Shown: piece after piece, positions 1-8,594 of the stretch | Layout of the letters: every line of letters begins with the position of its first letter | Numbering within the stretch: position 1 is the first letter of the stretch | From: Lysobacterales bacterium | Lineage (GTDB): Bacteria; Pseudomonadota; Gammaproteobacteria; Xanthomonadales; Ahniellaceae | Reading direction: 5' to 3' | DNA length: 16,330 nucleotides | Assembly (NCBI GenBank): GCA_041741075.1 | Contig: JBGSKT010000061.1 | Location: 1-16,330, forward strand | Notes under the pieces: generated by a model | What the model was told of the DNA's origin: nothing | Database searches by the model: none | What the model saw: only the letters and a program-made list of their open reading frames with translations | Translations under genes and position numbers: made by a program

Positions 1-1177
1 TGCGGCCCGCGCCCGCATCCGGCTCCATCGTCCGGTTCGGCAGCCGCAGGTCGGAAGGCTCGATGCGGTTGTGCTCGCACAGGGCGATCGCGCGTTCGAG
101 GATGTTCTCCAATTCCCGCACATTGCCGGGAAAGGCGTAGGCGCGCAGCGCAGTGGCGGCGGCGGCGGTCAATTGCGGGCGCTCGATGCCCCACTCCGGC
201 GCGACCCGGTCGAGATAACGATCGGCCAGCAGGTCGATGTCCTCGCCGCGCCCGCGCAATGGCGGCACGTGCAGTTCGATCACATTGATCCGGTAATACA
301 GATCCTGCCGAAACTCACCCTGTTCGACCAGCCGCTGCAGGTCCTTGTGGGTCGCCGACAGCACCCGCACGTCGATCGGAATCTCGCCGTTGAAACCGAT
401 CGGCCGCACCGCCTTTTCCTGGATCACGCGCAGCAGCTTGACCTGCATGTGCACCGGCAGGTCGGCGACCTCATCCAGAAACAGGGTGCCACCACTGGCC
501 GCCTGGAACAGACCTTCCTTATCGCCACTGGCGCCGGTGAAGCTGCCCTTGCGGTGGCCGAAGAATTCACTCTCCATCAGCTCGGTCGGGATCGCCCCGC
601 AATTGACCGGCACGAACGGGCCGGAAGCGCGTGGCCCAAGCTCGTGCACCATGCGCGCGACCAGTTCCTTGCCGGTGCCGGATTCGCCATAGATGAACAC
701 CGGCGCCTGGCTGCGTGCCACTTTGGCCACGGTCGCCCGTACTTCCTGCATTTCCGCCGAATTGCCGAGCAGGCGCTCGTTCGACACCGAGACCTCGGCC
801 TTGCGCTCCTCGCCCAGCCGCAGAGCGGTCTGCACCAAACGCCGGAGCACCGTCAGATCGACCGGCTTGGAAACGAAGTCGAAGGCGCCGTTCTTGAGTG
901 CCTGCACCGCCGCATCGACATTGCCGAACGCGGTCATCATCGCCACCGGCATGCGTGGGTGCGCGCGCGCGATATGCAGCACGATGTCCTGGCCGCTGCC
1001 ATCGGGCAGGCGCATGTCGGTGAAGCACAGGTCGTATTCGTGCTCGGCCAGCCGGTCGAGCGCCTCGCGCACGGTCGATGCGGTCTCCACCGATAGCCCC
1101 ATGCGGGTCAGCGTCAACACCAGCAGTTCGCGGATGTCGGGCTCGTCGTCGATGATCAGTGCGGTCTGGCGGCTCAT
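1..1177 (-). CDS. pilR: Sigma-54-dependent two-component response regulator PilR (NtrC family; REC + AAA+ sigma-54 activator). It is 5'-complete, starting with ATG at 1177..1175. The C-terminal HTH region is truncated by the window start.
   Basis: I reverse-complemented and translated 1177->1 by hand. It reads MSRQTALIIDDEPDIRELLVLTLTRMGLSVE..DLCFTDMRLPDG (receiver domain), then ..FIYGESGTGKELVARMVHELG.. (Walker A) and ..ESEFFGHRKGSFTGA.. (GAFTGA-like motif for sigma-54 contact). This is an NtrC/PilR-type architecture. It sits next to the pilS kinase and divergent from sucCD. The ORF track missed it because no stop codon lies inside the window; the +71..1096 ORF is its antisense shadow. Confidence 0.85.
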   Translation of the reverse strand, partial: MSRQTALIIDDEPDIRELLVLTLTRMGLSVETASTVREALDRLAEHEYDLCFTDMRLPDGSGQDIVLHIARAHPRMPVAMMTAFGNVDAAVQALKNGAFDFVSKPVDLTVLRRLVQTALRLGEERKAEVSVSNERLLGNSAEMQEVRATVAKVARSQAPVFIYGESGTGKELVARMVHELGPRASGPFVPVNCGAIPTELMESEFFGHRKGSFTGASGDKEGLFQAASGGTLFLDEVADLPVHMQVKLLRVIQEKAVRPIGFNGEIPIDVRVLSATHKDLQRLVEQGEFRQDLYYRINVIELHVPPLRGRGEDIDLLADRYLDRVAPEWGIERPQLTAAAATALRAYAFPGNVRELENILERAIALCEHNRIEPSDLRLPNRTMEPDAGAGR

Positions 1178-1391
1178 GCGAAGGCGTTGTCAACCAATAA
1201 AGTGCAGATTACGAAAGATTTTTCCCGGCCTGCAAGGCGCGCAATGGGACGCATGCTTCCACTGGATAACCAGGTGCGCAACGCAGCGGATCGGGCAAAA
1301 GACAAGCAGGATGTCACCTTTATCGATTTACTACACCCAAGCCCCAGGGTTGATCAGACGTTCTACCAAATCCGCGCCGGCGGCGCCAGCA

Positions 1392-2996
1392 TCAAGCGCG
1401 CATGGCGCCGTCGGCGACCGGCTCCGGCTGGCCGTGAAACTGGATGCGGAAGCAGGCGCCGCCACCGGCCAGTTGCACCAGCTCCAGCGTCGCCTGGTTG
1501 GCCTCGCACAATTGCCGGGCGATATACAGCCCGAGTCCGGTGCCGAATTCACTGGTGGTGAAGAATGGATCGAACACATGCGGGCGCAGCTTCTCCGGTA
1601 CCCCGGGGCCGCGGTCGATCACCTCCAGCACCGGCTGGCCGGAATCCGGCAGGCGCCGTGCCGACACCGAAATCCGCGCCGGCTGATCCGGCATCCGCCC
1701 GTAGCGCAGCGCGTTCTTGGTCAGGTTCCAGGCGACCTGTTGCAACTGGTCGGGATCGAACACCACATTGATCGGCGTCTCCGGCGCATTGGCGCGCAGC
1801 TCGTCGGCGCCGAGCGGCTGCACGCCCCTGAACTCGTCGACAAACTCGCCCACCCAACGCGTGAGGTTGACCAGTTCCGGTTTGGAGCGCTCGCGTCGCG
1901 ACAGTTGCAAAATGTTCTCGACGATCGCGTTCATGCGCAGGCACTGGCCGCGGATGATCTCGAGCAGGCGCTGGTCGGACTGCGGCATCTGTTCCGATTC
2001 GGCCAGCAGTTGCGCGGCGTGGCTGATCGCGGCCAGCGGATTGCGCACTTCATGGGCGATGCTGGCCGACAGCCGGCCAAGCGAGCTCAGCGTCAGTTGC
2101 TCGGCCTGGCGGGTGACCTGGCTGGTGTCTTCCAGGAACACGATCAGCGAACGCGCCGCCGACTGCGGCACGGCGACGAAGCGCGGCACCACTTCGGTGC
2201 CATTTTCGACCAGCGCGACCGGCTCGAACTCGATCTTGCTGCTGGCGCGCCAGCGCTGTATGCGGTCCCACAGCACCGGCGAGACTTCGGCGATGTCCTT
2301 GCGCGTCGGGCTGGGGTTGCCGAGCAGGCTCCAGGCGGCCTCGTTGATGCGCAGGATGCGGCCGCCGGCCTCGATCACCAGCACCCCGGATTTCATCCGT
2401 CGGATGATCAAGTCATTGAGCTGGCTCAGGCTTTCGACGTCGGATTCGCGCTGCTCGACCAGGCGTTGGCGCAAGCGCACTTCCTGGCGCAGCATCTGAC
2501 TGAGCCCGGTCACCGCCAGATAGCCGACCGCGAACAGGCTGACCTCGGTGAGGCTGCGCTCGGCGATACCGTCCTGCATGATCGACAGCGAGCGCTCGAA
2601 ATACTGCAGGGCGACCGCGATCGCCGCAAACAGAAAGGCGAGCTGCGGCCCGAGCAGCACCCCGCCGGCGGCCAGGTTGATCAGCAGCAGCGAGGCGATA
2701 CCACCGTCCAGTCCGCTGGTGGCGTGCAGGGCCAGTGCCCCGACCATGACGTCGAGCGCGAGCCCGACCCCGGTCGGCAGTGCCCGTTCGCCGGCCGAAC
2801 GCACTTCCCACACGAACAGGGTGCCAGAGGCGATCAGAAACAGCACCGAAGCCGCCTTGGCAACATCGGGCGCGACCAGGGTGACCAACTGGTCGGCCAA
2901 GGGACTGAAACTGATGCCGACCAGCAGCATCGCCTCGAACACCCGGAACAGGCCGAAGAAATAGCGTTCGCGCCGCACCAGGTCCGGGCTGCGCAC
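1392..2996 (-). CDS. pilS: Type IV pilus sensor histidine kinase PilS (polytopic N-terminal membrane domain + HisKA + HATPase_c).
   Basis: The ORF 1392..3218(-) contains a hydrophobic multi-TM N-terminal half, then SLGRLSASIAHEVRNPLAAISHAAQLL (H-box), then N/G boxes (..NLTKNALRYG.., ..DRGPGVP.., ..GTGLGLYIARQL..). It pairs with pilR. The start was trimmed to GTG at 2996 (VRSPDLVRRERYFFGLF..), giving a product of about 534 aa. An alternative ATG at 2930 has a GAGG Shine-Dalgarno. The track start at 3218 would translate the palindromic non-coding region and was rejected. Confidence 0.75.
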   Translation of the reverse strand: MRSPDLVRRERYFFGLFRVFEAMLLVGISFSPLADQLVTLVAPDVAKAASVLFLIASGTLFVWEVRSAGERALPTGVGLALDVMVGALALHATSGLDGGIASLLLINLAAGGVLLGPQLAFLFAAIAVALQYFERSLSIMQDGIAERSLTEVSLFAVGYLAVTGLSQMLRQEVRLRQRLVEQRESDVESLSQLNDLIIRRMKSGVLVIEAGGRILRINEAAWSLLGNPSPTRKDIAEVSPVLWDRIQRWRASSKIEFEPVALVENGTEVVPRFVAVPQSAARSLIVFLEDTSQVTRQAEQLTLSSLGRLSASIAHEVRNPLAAISHAAQLLAESEQMPQSDQRLLEIIRGQCLRMNAIVENILQLSRRERSKPELVNLTRWVGEFVDEFRGVQPLGADELRANAPETPINVVFDPDQLQQVAWNLTKNALRYGRMPDQPARISVSARRLPDSGQPVLEVIDRGPGVPEKLRPHVFDPFFTTSEFGTGLGLYIARQLCEANQATLELVQLAGGGACFRIQFHGQPEPVADGAMRA

Positions 2997-3086
2997 GAAA
3001 ACCGGCGAAAATCGAAAACCGGAGCGTGGGGAATTCACAGGTGAGGACCGGACAGCGATGCGGTAGCCGCACAATGCCAGTTCCGG

Positions 3087-3114
3087 AGGACGGATGACAG
3101 AGGACGGAAGACAG
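3087..3114. repeat. Imperfect 14-bp tandem direct repeat (aggacggaTgacag / aggacggaAgacag), about 90-120 bp upstream of the pilS start.
   Basis: Read directly from the sequence: two adjacent 14-mers differing at one position. They are purine-rich on the plus strand and pyrimidine-rich on the pilS-sense strand. Confidence 0.5.
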
Positions 3115-3142
3115 AAAGGCAGCAGCCCGGGGTGCTTTTGTA

Positions 3143-3201
3143 GGAGCGACGGAACGTCGCGACCGCCGAACCCGGCGACAGTCGCGACGTTCCGTCGCTC
3201 C
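3143..3201. repeat. Perfect 21-bp inverted repeat (ggagcgacggaacgtcgcgac ... gtcgcgacgttccgtcgctcc) around a 17-nt spacer that itself contains cgccg/cggcg. A hairpin of up to about 26 bp is possible.
   Basis: Read directly and checked by reverse complement. Both the 3035..3220(-) and 3094..3303(+) ORFs translate the shared peptide VATFRRS, which reflects the dyad symmetry. The repeat lies in the divergent pilS/sucC intergenic region. Confidence 0.9.
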
Positions 3202-3306
3202 CACTCCCCCTCTCCCACACTTCCGCTGCGCCACTCCAGCCTCCCCGTTTCCGGCTGCCCTCGCTATGATGCCGGTCTTTCGCCCGCTGCCCGAACCAGG
3301 TGACCG

Positions 3307-4467
3307 ATGAACTTTCACGAATACCAAGCCAAATTGCTGTTTGCCGATTACGCCATCCCGGTGCCCGCCGGCCGCGTCGCCGGCACGCCCGAACAGGCGG
3401 TCGAAGCCGCCCGCGCGATCGGTGGTGAACAATGGATGGTCAAGGCGCAGATCCACGCCGGCGGCCGCGGCAAGGCCGGTGGCGTCAAGTTCTGCGCCAG
3501 TATCGACGCGGTACGCGAAGCCGCGGCCGGCATGCTCGGCAAGAGCATGAGCACCTACCAGAGCGGTGGCCGCGCGCTGCCGGTCAACCTGGTCTTGATC
3601 ACCGAGGCCAACGACATCGAGCAGGAGCTGTACCTGAGCGCCCTGGTCGACCGCGCCAGCAAGACCGTGTCGTTCATTGTCTCGGCCGCAGGTGGCGTCG
3701 ATATCGAAACGGTGGCGCGCGAGACCCCGGAGCAGATCCACACCGTGCTGGTCGACTACGTGCAGGGCCTGCAACCCTACCAGTGCCGCAAGGTCGGCTT
3801 CGCCATGGAACTGAACACCAAGCAGGTCGGCCAATTGACCAAGATCATGCAGGGCGTGTACCGGATGTTCATGGAGCAGGATCTGAGTCTGATCGAGCTG
3901 AACCCGCTGGCGGTGGTGGCCAGCGGCGATCTGATCGCGCTGGATGGCAAGATCAATTCCGACGACAACGCCGATTTCCGCCATCCCAAACTGGTCGCCA
4001 TGCGCGATGTCAGCCAGGAAGACCCGGCCGAGGCCGAGGCCGCCGATCATCACCTGAACTATGTGCAGATGGACGGCAGCATCGGCTGCATGGTCAATGG
4101 TGCCGGCCTGGCCATGGCGACCATGGACGTGATCAAGCTAAACGGCGCCGAGCCGGCCAACTTCCTCGATGTGGGTGGCGGCGCGACCAAGGAGCGGGTC
4201 AGCGAGGCGTTCAAGCTGATCCTGTCTTCGGACAAGGTGCGCGCGATCCTGGTCAACATTTTCGGCGGCATCGTGCGCTGCGACATGATCGCCGAGGGCG
4301 TGATCGCCGCGGTCAAGGAAGTCGGCGTGACCATCCCGGTGGTGGTGCGGCTCGAAGGCACCAATGTCGAAAAGGGCCGCGAGCTGCTGGCCGCGTCCGG
4401 CTTCAAGATCATCCCGGCCACCGATCTGAACGACGCCGCCCGCAAGGCGGTTGCTGCGTTGGCCTGA
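3307..4467 (+). CDS. sucC: Succinyl-CoA synthetase (ADP-forming) beta subunit.
   Basis: Full-length ATP-grasp protein of the SucC family: [20 protein letters not shown].., ..[18 protein letters not shown].., and the C-terminal CoA-ligase domain ..[18 protein letters not shown]... An AGGTGA Shine-Dalgarno lies 6-11 nt upstream of the ATG. sucD follows. Confidence 0.95.
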   Translation: MNFHEYQAKLLFADYAIPVPAGRVAGTPEQAVEAARAIGGEQWMVKAQIHAGGRGKAGGVKFCASIDAVREAAAGMLGKSMSTYQSGGRALPVNLVLITEANDIEQELYLSALVDRASKTVSFIVSAAGGVDIETVARETPEQIHTVLVDYVQGLQPYQCRKVGFAMELNTKQVGQLTKIMQGVYRMFMEQDLSLIELNPLAVVASGDLIALDGKINSDDNADFRHPKLVAMRDVSQEDPAEAEAADHHLNYVQMDGSIGCMVNGAGLAMATMDVIKLNGAEPANFLDVGGGATKERVSEAFKLILSSDKVRAILVNIFGGIVRCDMIAEGVIAAVKEVGVTIPVVVRLEGTNVEKGRELLAASGFKIIPATDLNDAARKAVAALA

Positions 4468-4532
4468 TCTTCACCCCCCATCGATCCACGTCGACCGCAG
4501 CGACCCGGTTGACGCTTTCCAGAGGAATCCGC

Positions 4533-5414
4533 ATGAGCGTTCTCGTCAACAAGAAGACCAAGGTGATCTGTCAGGGCTTCACCGGCAGCCAGGGCACCTT
4601 TCACTCCGAACAGGCGCTGGACTACGGCACCCAACTGACCGGCGGGGTCACCCCGGGCAAGGGCGGCAGCACGCACATCGGCCTGCCGGTATTCAACACG
4701 GTCGAGGACGCGGTCAACGAGACCGGCGCCGACGCCAGCATGATCTTCGTGCCGCCGCCGTTCGCCGCCGACGCGATACTGGAAGCCGCCGACGCCGGCA
4801 TCCGGGTGATCGTGGCGATCACCGAGGGCATCCCGGTACTGGACATGCTGCGCGTCAAGAACGCGCTCGCGCATTATCCGGATACCGTGCTGATCGGGCC
4901 GAACTGCCCCGGCATCATCACCCCGGGCGAATGCAAGATCGGCATCATGCCGGGGCATATCCACCAACCCGGCAAGATCGGCATCGTCTCGCGCTCCGGC
5001 ACGCTGACCTATGAAGCGGTGTTCCAGACCACCCAGGCCGGACTCGGCCAGAGTACCTGCATCGGCATCGGCGGCGATCCGATCAACGGTCTCAACTTCA
5101 TCGACTGCCTGGGCCTGTTCCAGGACGACGCGCAGACCGAGGGCATCATCATGGTCGGCGAAATCGGCGGCAGCGCCGAAGAAGAAGCCGCCGAATTCAT
5201 CAGCGAATACGTGAAGAAGCCGGTGGTCGCCTTCATTGCCGGGGCGAGCGCACCGGCCGGCAAGCGCATGGGCCACGCCGGTGCGATCATCTCCGGCGGC
5301 AAGGGTACCGCCGCGGCCAAGTTCGCCGCGCTCGAAGCGGCCGGGGTGACCACGGTCCGATCTCCGGCCGATCTCGGCCGCGCCATCGATGCCTTGCTCA
5401 AGGCCAGAAAATAG
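4533..5414 (+). CDS. sucD: Succinyl-CoA synthetase alpha subunit.
   Basis: [28 protein letters not shown].. (CoA-binding) and ..GHAGAII.. (phospho-histidine loop). An AGAGGA Shine-Dalgarno lies upstream of the ATG at 4533. The track's 3432..5414 ORF is an in-frame upstream extension running through sucC and was rejected. Confidence 0.95.
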   Translation: MSVLVNKKTKVICQGFTGSQGTFHSEQALDYGTQLTGGVTPGKGGSTHIGLPVFNTVEDAVNETGADASMIFVPPPFAADAILEAADAGIRVIVAITEGIPVLDMLRVKNALAHYPDTVLIGPNCPGIITPGECKIGIMPGHIHQPGKIGIVSRSGTLTYEAVFQTTQAGLGQSTCIGIGGDPINGLNFIDCLGLFQDDAQTEGIIMVGEIGGSAEEEAAEFISEYVKKPVVAFIAGASAPAGKRMGHAGAIISGGKGTAAAKFAALEAAGVTTVRSPADLGRAIDALLKARK

Positions 5415-5428
5415 TCGAGGCGGTGGTA

Positions 5429-5562
5429 AGCCCCGCAGGTTCCAGCGGACATTCAGGCGGGGCTGACCAAGGTCGGGAAGTCATCTGCCGTCCCGGCGCA
5501 AGCCGGGACCCAGTGCCCAGCGATCGCGCCGACCCGACACTGGGCCCCGGCGTGCGCCGGGG
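5429..5562 (+). terminator. Cluster of three GC-rich stem-loops downstream of the sucD stop; a possible terminator or RNA-structure region. None has a U-tract.
   Basis: agccccgc...gcggggct (5429-5436 / 5457-5464, 20-nt loop); gtcccggc-GCAA-gccgggac (5490-5509, 8-bp stem with a GNRA-type tetraloop); ccccggc-gtgc-gccgggg (5545-5562). Confidence 0.3.
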
Positions 5563-5576
5563 TGACGCCGCTCTCG

Positions 5577-5618
5577 ATTCCCGTTTCCCGTTTCCCGTTT
5601 CCCGTTTCCCGATTCCCG
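5577..5618. repeat. Heptanucleotide microsatellite of six tandem copies (attcccg tttcccg tttcccg tttcccg tttcccg attcccg), ending 22 bp before the nadE ATG.
   Basis: Read directly from the sequence. The period is 7 and the four central copies are perfect. It also appears in the 5423..5761 ORF translation as FPFPVSRFPIPDSPFP. Confidence 0.9.
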
Positions 5619-5640
5619 ATAGCCCATTCCCAAAAACCCC

Positions 5641-7257
5641 ATGCCGCCGATCCGCATTGCGCTCGCCCAGTTCGATTTCCCGGCCGGGGCGGTTGGCCAG
5701 AATGCCGCGCGCATGCGCGAACTGGCCGAACAGGCGCGTGATCGGCTGGGTGCCGGCCTGATCGTATTTCCCGAACTGTCGCTATCTGGTTATCTGGCCG
5801 AAGACTTGTTCCTGCGCCCCAGCTTCATCCGTACCTGCGCCGAGCATCTGGAATCACTGGTCGCTGGCATTCGCGGCATCGACGCGATCATCGGCCACCC
5901 GCTGGCCGATGGCGAATACCTGTACAACGCCCTGTCCTGGGTGCGCGACGGCCAGGTGCTGGCCTGTTACCGCAAGCAGGCGCTGCCGAACTACACCGTG
6001 TTCGACGAGAAGCGCTATTTCACCGCCGGCAATCAGACCGCGATCGTGACGCTGTCCGGGGTGCGTTTCGCTCCGCTGATCTGCGAGGACATCTGGGAGC
6101 AGCAACCGGCCGCCGGCGCCGTCGCCGCCGGCGCCGAGGCACTGCTGGTGATCAACGCCTCGCCCTTCGACCGGATCAATCGCCAAAGCCGCCAGGCCCA
6201 GGTGGGCGAGCGCGCGCTCGCCCACGGCGTGCCGATCGCCTACGTCAATGTGGTCGGCGGCCAGGATGACCTGGTGTTCGACGGCGGCGCTTTCTGCGTC
6301 AACGGCGATGGGGTGATGCAGGGGCCGGCACCGGCATTTGAGGACCATCTGCTGGCGCTCGACTTCGAACCGCAGTCGCGGCGGTTCATCAGCGTGGACT
6401 GGCCGCTGCCGGAAACCGGAGATCTGTCCCGCTTCTATCGGGCCCTGGTCCGCGGCAGCCGCGATTATGTGGACAAGAACGGCTTTCCCGGGGTGCTGCT
6501 GGGCCTGTCCGGCGGGGTCGATTCGGCCCTGACCCTGGCCATTGCGGTCGATGCCCTCGGCGCCGAGCGAGTCCGCGCGGTGATGTTGCCGACCCGCTTC
6601 ACCGCCGAGCTGTCGCTGGAACTGGCGCGCAGCCAGGCCGAACGGCTCGGTGTGCGCTACGACGTGGTGCCGATCGAGGACGCCTTCGGCAGTCTGCTGG
6701 CGACCCTCAAGCCGTTGTTGGACGGCCGTGCCGCCGATGTCACCGAAGAAAACCTGCAGGCACGCATTCGCGGCACCCTGTTGATGGCGCTGTCCAACAA
6801 GTTTGGTGACATGCTGCTCGCCACCGGCAACAAGAGCGAAATGGCCTGCGGCTATGCCACCCTGTATGGCGACATGTGCGGCGGCTTCGCCCCGCTCAAG
6901 GATGTCTACAAGACCGAAGTCTGGCAATTGGCGCGTTATCGCAACACGCTGTCGCCGGCGCTGCCGGAAGCGGTGATCGAGCGCCCGCCTTCGGCCGAAT
7001 TGCGCGCCAACCAGCTCGACCAGGATTCGCTGCCACCCTACGAGCTGCTCGACGCGATCCTGTACCGCTACATCGAACTTGACCGCTCGCGCGCCGAGAT
7101 CATCGCGGAAGGCTATGCTGCCGATACCGTGGAACGGGTCGTCCGCATGATCCTCAAAAACGAATACAAACGCCGCCAGTCGGCCCCCGGACCGCGGCTG
7201 TCGCGGCGCGCCTTCGGCCGCGATCGACGCTATCCGATCACCACCGGCTGGCGCTGA
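5641..7257 (+). CDS. nadE: Glutamine-dependent NAD(+) synthetase (N-terminal nitrilase/CN-hydrolase domain + C-terminal NAD synthetase domain).
   Basis: N-terminal CN-hydrolase features (..LIVFPELSLSGY.., ..FAPLICEDIW..) and a C-terminal PP-loop ATP pyrophosphatase motif (..VLLGLSGGVDSAL..). At 538 aa it matches the usual length of glutamine-dependent NadE. No obvious Shine-Dalgarno was seen. Confidence 0.9.
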   Translation: MPPIRIALAQFDFPAGAVGQNAARMRELAEQARDRLGAGLIVFPELSLSGYLAEDLFLRPSFIRTCAEHLESLVAGIRGIDAIIGHPLADGEYLYNALSWVRDGQVLACYRKQALPNYTVFDEKRYFTAGNQTAIVTLSGVRFAPLICEDIWEQQPAAGAVAAGAEALLVINASPFDRINRQSRQAQVGERALAHGVPIAYVNVVGGQDDLVFDGGAFCVNGDGVMQGPAPAFEDHLLALDFEPQSRRFISVDWPLPETGDLSRFYRALVRGSRDYVDKNGFPGVLLGLSGGVDSALTLAIAVDALGAERVRAVMLPTRFTAELSLELARSQAERLGVRYDVVPIEDAFGSLLATLKPLLDGRAADVTEENLQARIRGTLLMALSNKFGDMLLATGNKSEMACGYATLYGDMCGGFAPLKDVYKTEVWQLARYRNTLSPALPEAVIERPPSAELRANQLDQDSLPPYELLDAILYRYIELDRSRAEIIAEGYAADTVERVVRMILKNEYKRRQSAPGPRLSRRAFGRDRRYPITTGWR

Positions 7258-7320
7258 GACTACCGGCACCCGGCCCGCATCCGCGCCACCCACCTTCGTT
7301 CTGCACCCAACGGAATCCCG

Positions 7321-8484
7321 ATGAGCAAAATCGCCAAAATCCAGGGTCTAGGCACCCGCGCCATCCACGCCGGGCAATCGCCCGACCCCAGCACCGGCGC
7401 GATCATGACGCCGATCTATGCCACCTCGACCTATGTGCAGCAGAGCCCCGGTGTACACAAGGGCTTCGAATACACGCGCTCGCACAACCCGACCCGGTTC
7501 GCCTTTGAAGACTGCGTGGCCGCGCTCGAAGGCGGCCGCAAGGGCTATGCCTTCGCCTCGGGCCTGGCCGCCACCGCCTGCGTGCTGGAGACGCTCGACA
7601 GCGGCAGCCACGTGATCGCCATGGATGATATGTACGGTGGCACCTTCCGCCTGTTCGAACGGGTGCGTCGGCGCAGCGCCGGGCTCGATTTCAGCTATGT
7701 CGATCTGAACGACGAAGCCGCGCTCAAGGCCGCGATCCAACCCAATACCCGGATGATCTGGGCCGAAACCCCGACCAACCCGATGCTCAAGATCGTCGAT
7801 CTGGCCCGACTCGGCAAGTTCGCCCGCAAGCACAAGCTGCTGCTCGCGGTAGACAACACCTTCAGCTCGCCGATGCTGCAGCGCCCACTGGAGTTCGGCG
7901 CCGACCTGGTCATGCATTCGGCCACCAAATATCTCAATGGTCACTCGGACATGGTCGGCGGCATCGTCGTGGTCGGCGACAACGCCGAACTGCGCGAGCA
8001 GATGACCTTCTTGCAGAACGCGGTCGGCGGCATCGCCGGTCCGTTCGACAGTTTTCTCGCCCTGCGCGGACTGAAGACCCTGCACCTGCGCATGCGCGCA
8101 CATTGCGAAAACGCCGGCGCGCTGGCGCGCTGGCTGGACAAACATCCGGCGCTCTGCCGGGTGATCTATCCGGGCCTCAAATCGCATCCGCAGCACGCCC
8201 TGGCCAAGCGCCAGATGGACGGCTTCGGCGGCATGATTTCGATCGAAGTCAGGGGCGGTCTGAAGGCGGCACGGCGATTGATGGAACGCTGCCAGTTGTT
8301 CGGCCTGGCCGAATCCCTGGGCGGGGTCGAATCGCTGATCAACCATCCGGCGATCATGACCCATGCCTCGGTCCCCGAAGCCCAGCGCGCCCGCCTCGGC
8401 ATCAACGGCGGCCTGGTGCGGCTGTCGGTCGGCGTCGAAGACCTGGCCGACCTCAAAGCCGAACTCGCCCACGCCCTGGGCTGA
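7321..8484 (+). CDS. PLP-dependent enzyme of the Cys/Met metabolism family (cystathionine gamma-synthase / gamma-lyase / beta-lyase-like).
   Basis: A family-typical sequence of about 390 aa: ..IHAGQ..TGAIMTPIYATSTY.., ..YTRSHNPTR.., and ..LVMHSATKYLNGHSDMVGG.. (PLP-lysine in the S-x-T-K-Y motif). Sequence alone cannot fix the exact specificity (MetB, MetC or CGL). Confidence 0.8.
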   Translation: MSKIAKIQGLGTRAIHAGQSPDPSTGAIMTPIYATSTYVQQSPGVHKGFEYTRSHNPTRFAFEDCVAALEGGRKGYAFASGLAATACVLETLDSGSHVIAMDDMYGGTFRLFERVRRRSAGLDFSYVDLNDEAALKAAIQPNTRMIWAETPTNPMLKIVDLARLGKFARKHKLLLAVDNTFSSPMLQRPLEFGADLVMHSATKYLNGHSDMVGGIVVVGDNAELREQMTFLQNAVGGIAGPFDSFLALRGLKTLHLRMRAHCENAGALARWLDKHPALCRVIYPGLKSHPQHALAKRQMDGFGGMISIEVRGGLKAARRLMERCQLFGLAESLGGVESLINHPAIMTHASVPEAQRARLGINGGLVRLSVGVEDLADLKAELAHALG

Positions 8485-8539
8485 GCCAGCACCGCACGCC
8501 TGGGCCGAGCACGCGGCACCAGACCCCTCCCACCGGCAA

Positions 8540-8558
8540 CGCCGAAGCCCCTTCGGCG
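8540..8558 (+). terminator. Short GC hairpin (cgccgaag-ccc-cttcggcg) between the trans-sulfuration gene and the flotillin gene. It may be a terminator, but has no U-tract.
   Basis: Read directly from the sequence: an 8-bp perfect stem. Confidence 0.2.
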
Positions 8559-8594
8559 CGATCGGCAATCCACCACTCCGGACCAGGAATCCCC

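Noticed and set aside
1187-1561. A + strand 124-aa ORF starting in the AT-rich pilS-pilR spacer (MSTNKVQITKDF...).
   Set aside because: Two-thirds of it overlaps the 3' end of pilS on the opposite strand and becomes Arg/Pro-rich there. Only the first 60 or so codons are in the spacer, with no Shine-Dalgarno or known fold, and it is likely spurious. The spacer is flagged as a finding instead.
693-3044. A 783-aa + strand ORF spanning pilR and pilS antisense. The same applies to +71..1096, +1717..2499, -567..1193, -2413..4053, -4059..5276, -5854..7293, -7348..8607, -8604..10220, +10412..11647, -13220..14062 and +14856..15956.
   Set aside because: Each lies antisense to, or out of frame within, a gene with strong family signatures. 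The translations are Arg/Ala/Gly/Pro-rich and low-complexity, with no recognisable motifs. Long stop-free antisense frames are expected at about 70% GC.
3260-3270. A sucC sigma-70 promoter using TATGAT at 3265-3270.
   Set aside because: No acceptable -35 hexamer lies at 16-18 bp spacing (tccccg or tttccg with the wrong spacing). It is too weak to annotate.
3432-5414. A 660-aa ORF fusing an alternative frame of sucC with sucD.
   Set aside because: Only the last 293 codons, from ATG 4533 with an AGAGGA Shine-Dalgarno, look like a protein (SucD). The upstream part is an Arg/Gly-rich frameshift shadow of sucC.
8103-8594. Upstream extension of the flotillin ORF (track start 8103) and of the hydrolase ORF (11815).
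   Set aside because: The extensions overlap the preceding gene or non-coding DNA, are low-complexity, and internal ATGs with good Shine-Dalgarno sequences (8595, 11974) start the recognisable domains.
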